Shown here: in pieces, positions 61,417 through 64,000 of the stretch
Numbering within the stretch: the stretch's first letter is position 1
Layout of the letters: each line of letters begins with the position of its first letter
Assembly (NCBI GenBank): GCA_016714745.1
Contig: JADKCG010000018.1
Span: forward strand, 16,981-80,980
Source: Elusimicrobiota bacterium
GTDB taxonomy: Bacteria; Elusimicrobiota; Elusimicrobia; FEN-1173
Reading direction: 5' to 3'
DNA: 64,000 bases
Made by a program: the position numbers and the translations under genes
Notes under the pieces: model-generated
The model's database searches: none
What the model saw: only the letters and a program-made list of their open reading frames with translations
Told to the model about the DNA's origin: nothing

Positions 61417-62043
61417 ATGCAAGAGTTGAGTTTCATTGGGATTTTGAAGATCAGTTTGGTGATGCCGGTGTTGTTGGTCCTCTCCGTTATCATGGTGGGG
61501 GTTTTTATCGAGCGTGGACTGTATTTCGCACGGATGGGGAAGATTGATCCGCTCCTGTTCAGGAACGTGAAAGAATACCTGGTGGCCGGCAAGTTAAATG
61601 AAGCCGTGACGTTGGCGGGGAAAGGAACAGGATTGATCGCTGAATCGTTGGCGGCGGTGTTGGTTGCCGCCCAATCCAAAGATCGCGCTCAAATGGATCA
61701 TGTGTTGACTTTGTATTTCCAACGCACTCAATCTCTGCTCAGTCGGCGTTTGGGTCTGTTTGGGACATTAAGTTTCATTTCTCCCCTTTTGGGTCTTTTG
61801 GGAACCGTTTTGGGGGTTATGGCGGCCTTTCGTGATTTGGCGGCGACGGGGTCGGGGGGGCCGGGCGTTGTGGCCGCGGGCATTTCCGAGGCGTTGTATG
61901 CCACAGCGGCCGGGATCGTTGTTGCGGTGTCGGCGGCCTTGATTTACAATTATTTTAACTTTAAGTTAAAACACGTCTTGAACAGCCTTAATATTTTTGG
62001 CCAGGAAATCTCGCTCATCGTTACTCTCGGGCGGGATGTGTGA
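61417..62043 (+). CDS. MotA/TolQ/ExbB-family proton channel
   Basis: Three TM helices, with LGLLGTVLGVMAAF and ALYATAAGIVVAV. Confidence 0.85.
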   Translation: MQELSFIGILKISLVMPVLLVLSVIMVGVFIERGLYFARMGKIDPLLFRNVKEYLVAGKLNEAVTLAGKGTGLIAESLAAVLVAAQSKDRAQMDHVLTLYFQRTQSLLSRRLGLFGTLSFISPLLGLLGTVLGVMAAFRDLAATGSGGPGVVAAGISEALYATAAGIVVAVSAALIYNYFNFKLKHVLNSLNIFGQEISLIVTLGRDV

Positions 62044-62527
62044 ACAAAACGGAGAAAAAAGTGTCCAAACGGGGGAGGGCGCGTTGAACGATTTGATGAA
62101 CGAGGGCGATATGGAAGAAACAGAGAAAATCAACGTGGTGCCGTTGGCCGATTTGACGTTGGTTCTTCTCATCATTCTTATGGTTCTATCGCCCATGATC
62201 AGTCAGTCCATGATCCGTGTAGCGACGCCCCAGGTTCAGTCGGCGGGTCCAGCGGAATCTTCCGAGGGTGGGGAGGAGAAAATCCCTCTTTTTATTTCAA
62301 TCAGTGAAACAGGGTATTCTTTAAACAATGTTTCGTTTGAGGAGTTGGACCCTCTTCTCTCTAACGTCAAAGAAAAACTTTTGGAAGACAAGGACCGTCC
62401 CGTTATTGTGAGTGCGTCAGACGGAGTGTTTGTGGGGCAAGTGGTCGAAGTTTTGGATGGGTCCAAACAGCAGGGGGCTCGGGAAGTGTCATTGGTTAAA
62501 AGCGTTGGGCCGGAGCGATCCCAATGA
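62036..62527 (+). CDS. ExbD/TolR-family protein (copy 1)
   Basis: INVVPLADLTLVLLIILMV forms the TM. The periplasmic domain includes VIVSASDGVFVGQVVEVLD. The ATG at 62036 overlaps the ExbB stop. Confidence 0.8.
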   Translation: MCEQNGEKSVQTGEGALNDLMNEGDMEETEKINVVPLADLTLVLLIILMVLSPMISQSMIRVATPQVQSAGPAESSEGGEEKIPLFISISETGYSLNNVSFEELDPLLSNVKEKLLEDKDRPVIVSASDGVFVGQVVEVLDGSKQQGAREVSLVKSVGPERSQ

Positions 62528-62940
62528 ACGATGTGCGGCGTCGAATCACCACGGATGGGGCCATTGCAGGCGTCAATATTGTGCCTGTGATTGATCTCTG
62601 TCTCGTCCTTTTGGTGATTCTTCTGATCCTTTCGCCCCTGATGGATAAATCTCCGGTGGAGGTCACTCTTCCCCAGGCCCATGCGAAAAAAGAAGAGCAG
62701 GAAAACAATATTTCAATTACCGTGGATCCCGACGGCAACATGGCGGTGAACACGACGCCTGTGGATAGGGCCAGTGTGGGCGCAGAAATTCGGCGCCAAC
62801 TTAAAACCCGCAACCCCGATGTGTTTGTGATTATTCGAGCGGATGAAAAGGTGAAATACGGGGGGCTAACCGATTTATTGAAAATCGCAAAAGAATCCGG
62901 CGCGCGGTTTGTCGCCCTGGGAACGAGGGAAAAACAATGA
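62524..62940 (+). CDS. ExbD/TolR-family protein (copy 2)
   Basis: VNIVPVIDLCLVLLVILLI forms the TM. Also VIIRADEKVKYGGLTDLLKIAKESG. The start overlaps the preceding stop. Confidence 0.85.
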   Translation: MNDVRRRITTDGAIAGVNIVPVIDLCLVLLVILLILSPLMDKSPVEVTLPQAHAKKEEQENNISITVDPDGNMAVNTTPVDRASVGAEIRRQLKTRNPDVFVIIRADEKVKYGGLTDLLKIAKESGARFVALGTREKQ

Positions 62941-64000
62941 CCTCTGCCCATTGGGATCTGGTGTATGGCCGTCCGCCCATTTCTCGGGACGCGATCCTTT
63001 TTGGCATTGCCGTGGTTCTGCATTTGCCGTTATTACTGATTCAATTTAAGGCGCCAATAAAATCGAAAACCGTGGCGGAGTCTGTGACCGTGTTCGACAT
63101 GAGAGATCAGGCGATTAACCAAATCCTGGAGAGAGGAATGCTCTTGCCTCCCAAAGTCCCAGGAACGGGAAAAGTCAAATCGGTGGATCTGTCCCGGTTT
63201 ATTCGTTCGCCATCGTCATCCCTTCCTCCTGTCCCACTTCCTAAACTGCCCCCATTAGATCCAGGAATAAAAAGTCCCCTTCCGACGATCATCCCTCCGA
63301 AAATAGCGGCGGGCGTGGGGGACCCCCTGCGAACGGAGGGGCCCGTTTCCTCTTCCGGCGAAGTGGGGAAGGTGAAAGATAAGGGGAAATTCTATGCCGA
63401 CGCGAACATGGTCCGGTCGCTGGAAAGCGCGTCGGGCGCCCCCCTCCCGTTGAGCCAGCCAAAGACGATCCTCATTCCGACCGCGCCCACCGCCCAGGCG
63501 GAATCGGGGATACATGCTCCCGCGCCATTAACGGGAAAAATCCATTTTCCTTCCGCGCCCTCGGCCGATTCACTGGTGCCAAAGAGTGCGATTAAAGTTG
63601 ATAAACACGCGGGGAGTCCCATTGCCGTGAGGGATCCGGTGGAGGGGGATCCCGAGGAAAACCTTCCGGTCATCCGCGCTCGACCGCGTACTCTCACGGC
63701 GGAACAAAGGACTCAGGAGTTGTTTCCCATTCACGGAGCCTTGAAAGACCGGGGGGTGGACCGCCAGGAGATTCCCGAATATCCGGAATGGGCGCGCAAG
63801 AAAGGGATCGAGTCTTCTGTCAAGTTTAAGTTTTCTGTGACCGCGGACGGTCGCGTGAAAGAGAACATCGAAATCGTTCAAGGGTCAGGGTATCCCGAAC
63901 TCGACGAATTGGCTCGGACGGCTCTGCTCCGGTGGGTATTCTCCCGTCTGCCTCCCGAAAAAGGGAACATCGTGCAGGACGGGGCCATTGAGTTTCGGTT
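62937..64000 (+). CDS. TonB-family energy transducer (3' partial, runs off the window)
   Basis: My own translation from the ATG at 62937 stays open to base 64000. It has an N-terminal TM (ILFGIAVVLHLPLLL), a Pro-rich spacer, and a C-terminal YPEWARKKGIESSVKFKFSVTADGRVKENIEIVQGSGYPELDELARTALLRWVF. It is absent from the ORF track because there is no stop in the window. Confidence 0.75.
   Translation, partial: MTSAHWDLVYGRPPISRDAILFGIAVVLHLPLLLIQFKAPIKSKTVAESVTVFDMRDQAINQILERGMLLPPKVPGTGKVKSVDLSRFIRSPSSSLPPVPLPKLPPLDPGIKSPLPTIIPPKIAAGVGDPLRTEGPVSSSGEVGKVKDKGKFYADANMVRSLESASGAPLPLSQPKTILIPTAPTAQAESGIHAPAPLTGKIHFPSAPSADSLVPKSAIKVDKHAGSPIAVRDPVEGDPEENLPVIRARPRTLTAEQRTQELFPIHGALKDRGVDRQEIPEYPEWARKKGIESSVKFKFSVTADGRVKENIEIVQGSGYPELDELARTALLRWVFSRLPPEKGNIVQDGAIEFR

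Overview
64 kb of bacterial chromosome, mostly GC-rich and densely coding. Core blocks, left to right:
- a 5'-partial giant membrane protein with an amidoligase-like module, plus a partner membrane protein
- a UbiD/UbiX/UbiA-type prenyl-decarboxylase cluster (minus strand)
- tRNA-Val
- a TetR-TolC-MFP-RND efflux operon
- a five-gene C30 (staphyloxanthin-like) carotenoid glycoside-ester cluster
- a housekeeping stretch (pgm, eno, ftsB, thiolase, miaB, SLT, mutS, PilZ, mutL)
- a TPR-ExbB-ExbD-ExbD-TonB cluster running off the right edge

Between about 26.4 and 37.6 kb lies a visibly AT-richer accessory region containing:
- a free-standing double-motif LAGLIDADG homing-endonuclease gene
- a tRNA-Asp(GUC) gene whose anticodon loop is split by a 471-nt ORF-less group IIC intron
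- a tandem array of tRNA-Asp-derived repeats, each carrying its own terminator
- an M48 peptidase
- a polymorphic-toxin-like gene with an overlapping immunity-like ORF
- a RhuM-Fic/DOC fusion
- a PLD-nuclease/wHTH fusion
- an IS200-like Y1 transposase bracketed by 18-bp inverted repeats

Major caveat: at least 17 genes, including eno, mutS and mutL, carry apparent frameshifts, usually at short homopolymers. Indel errors in the assembly are the leading explanation, so exact coordinates of split genes are approximate. No rRNA, CRISPR array or integrase gene was seen.
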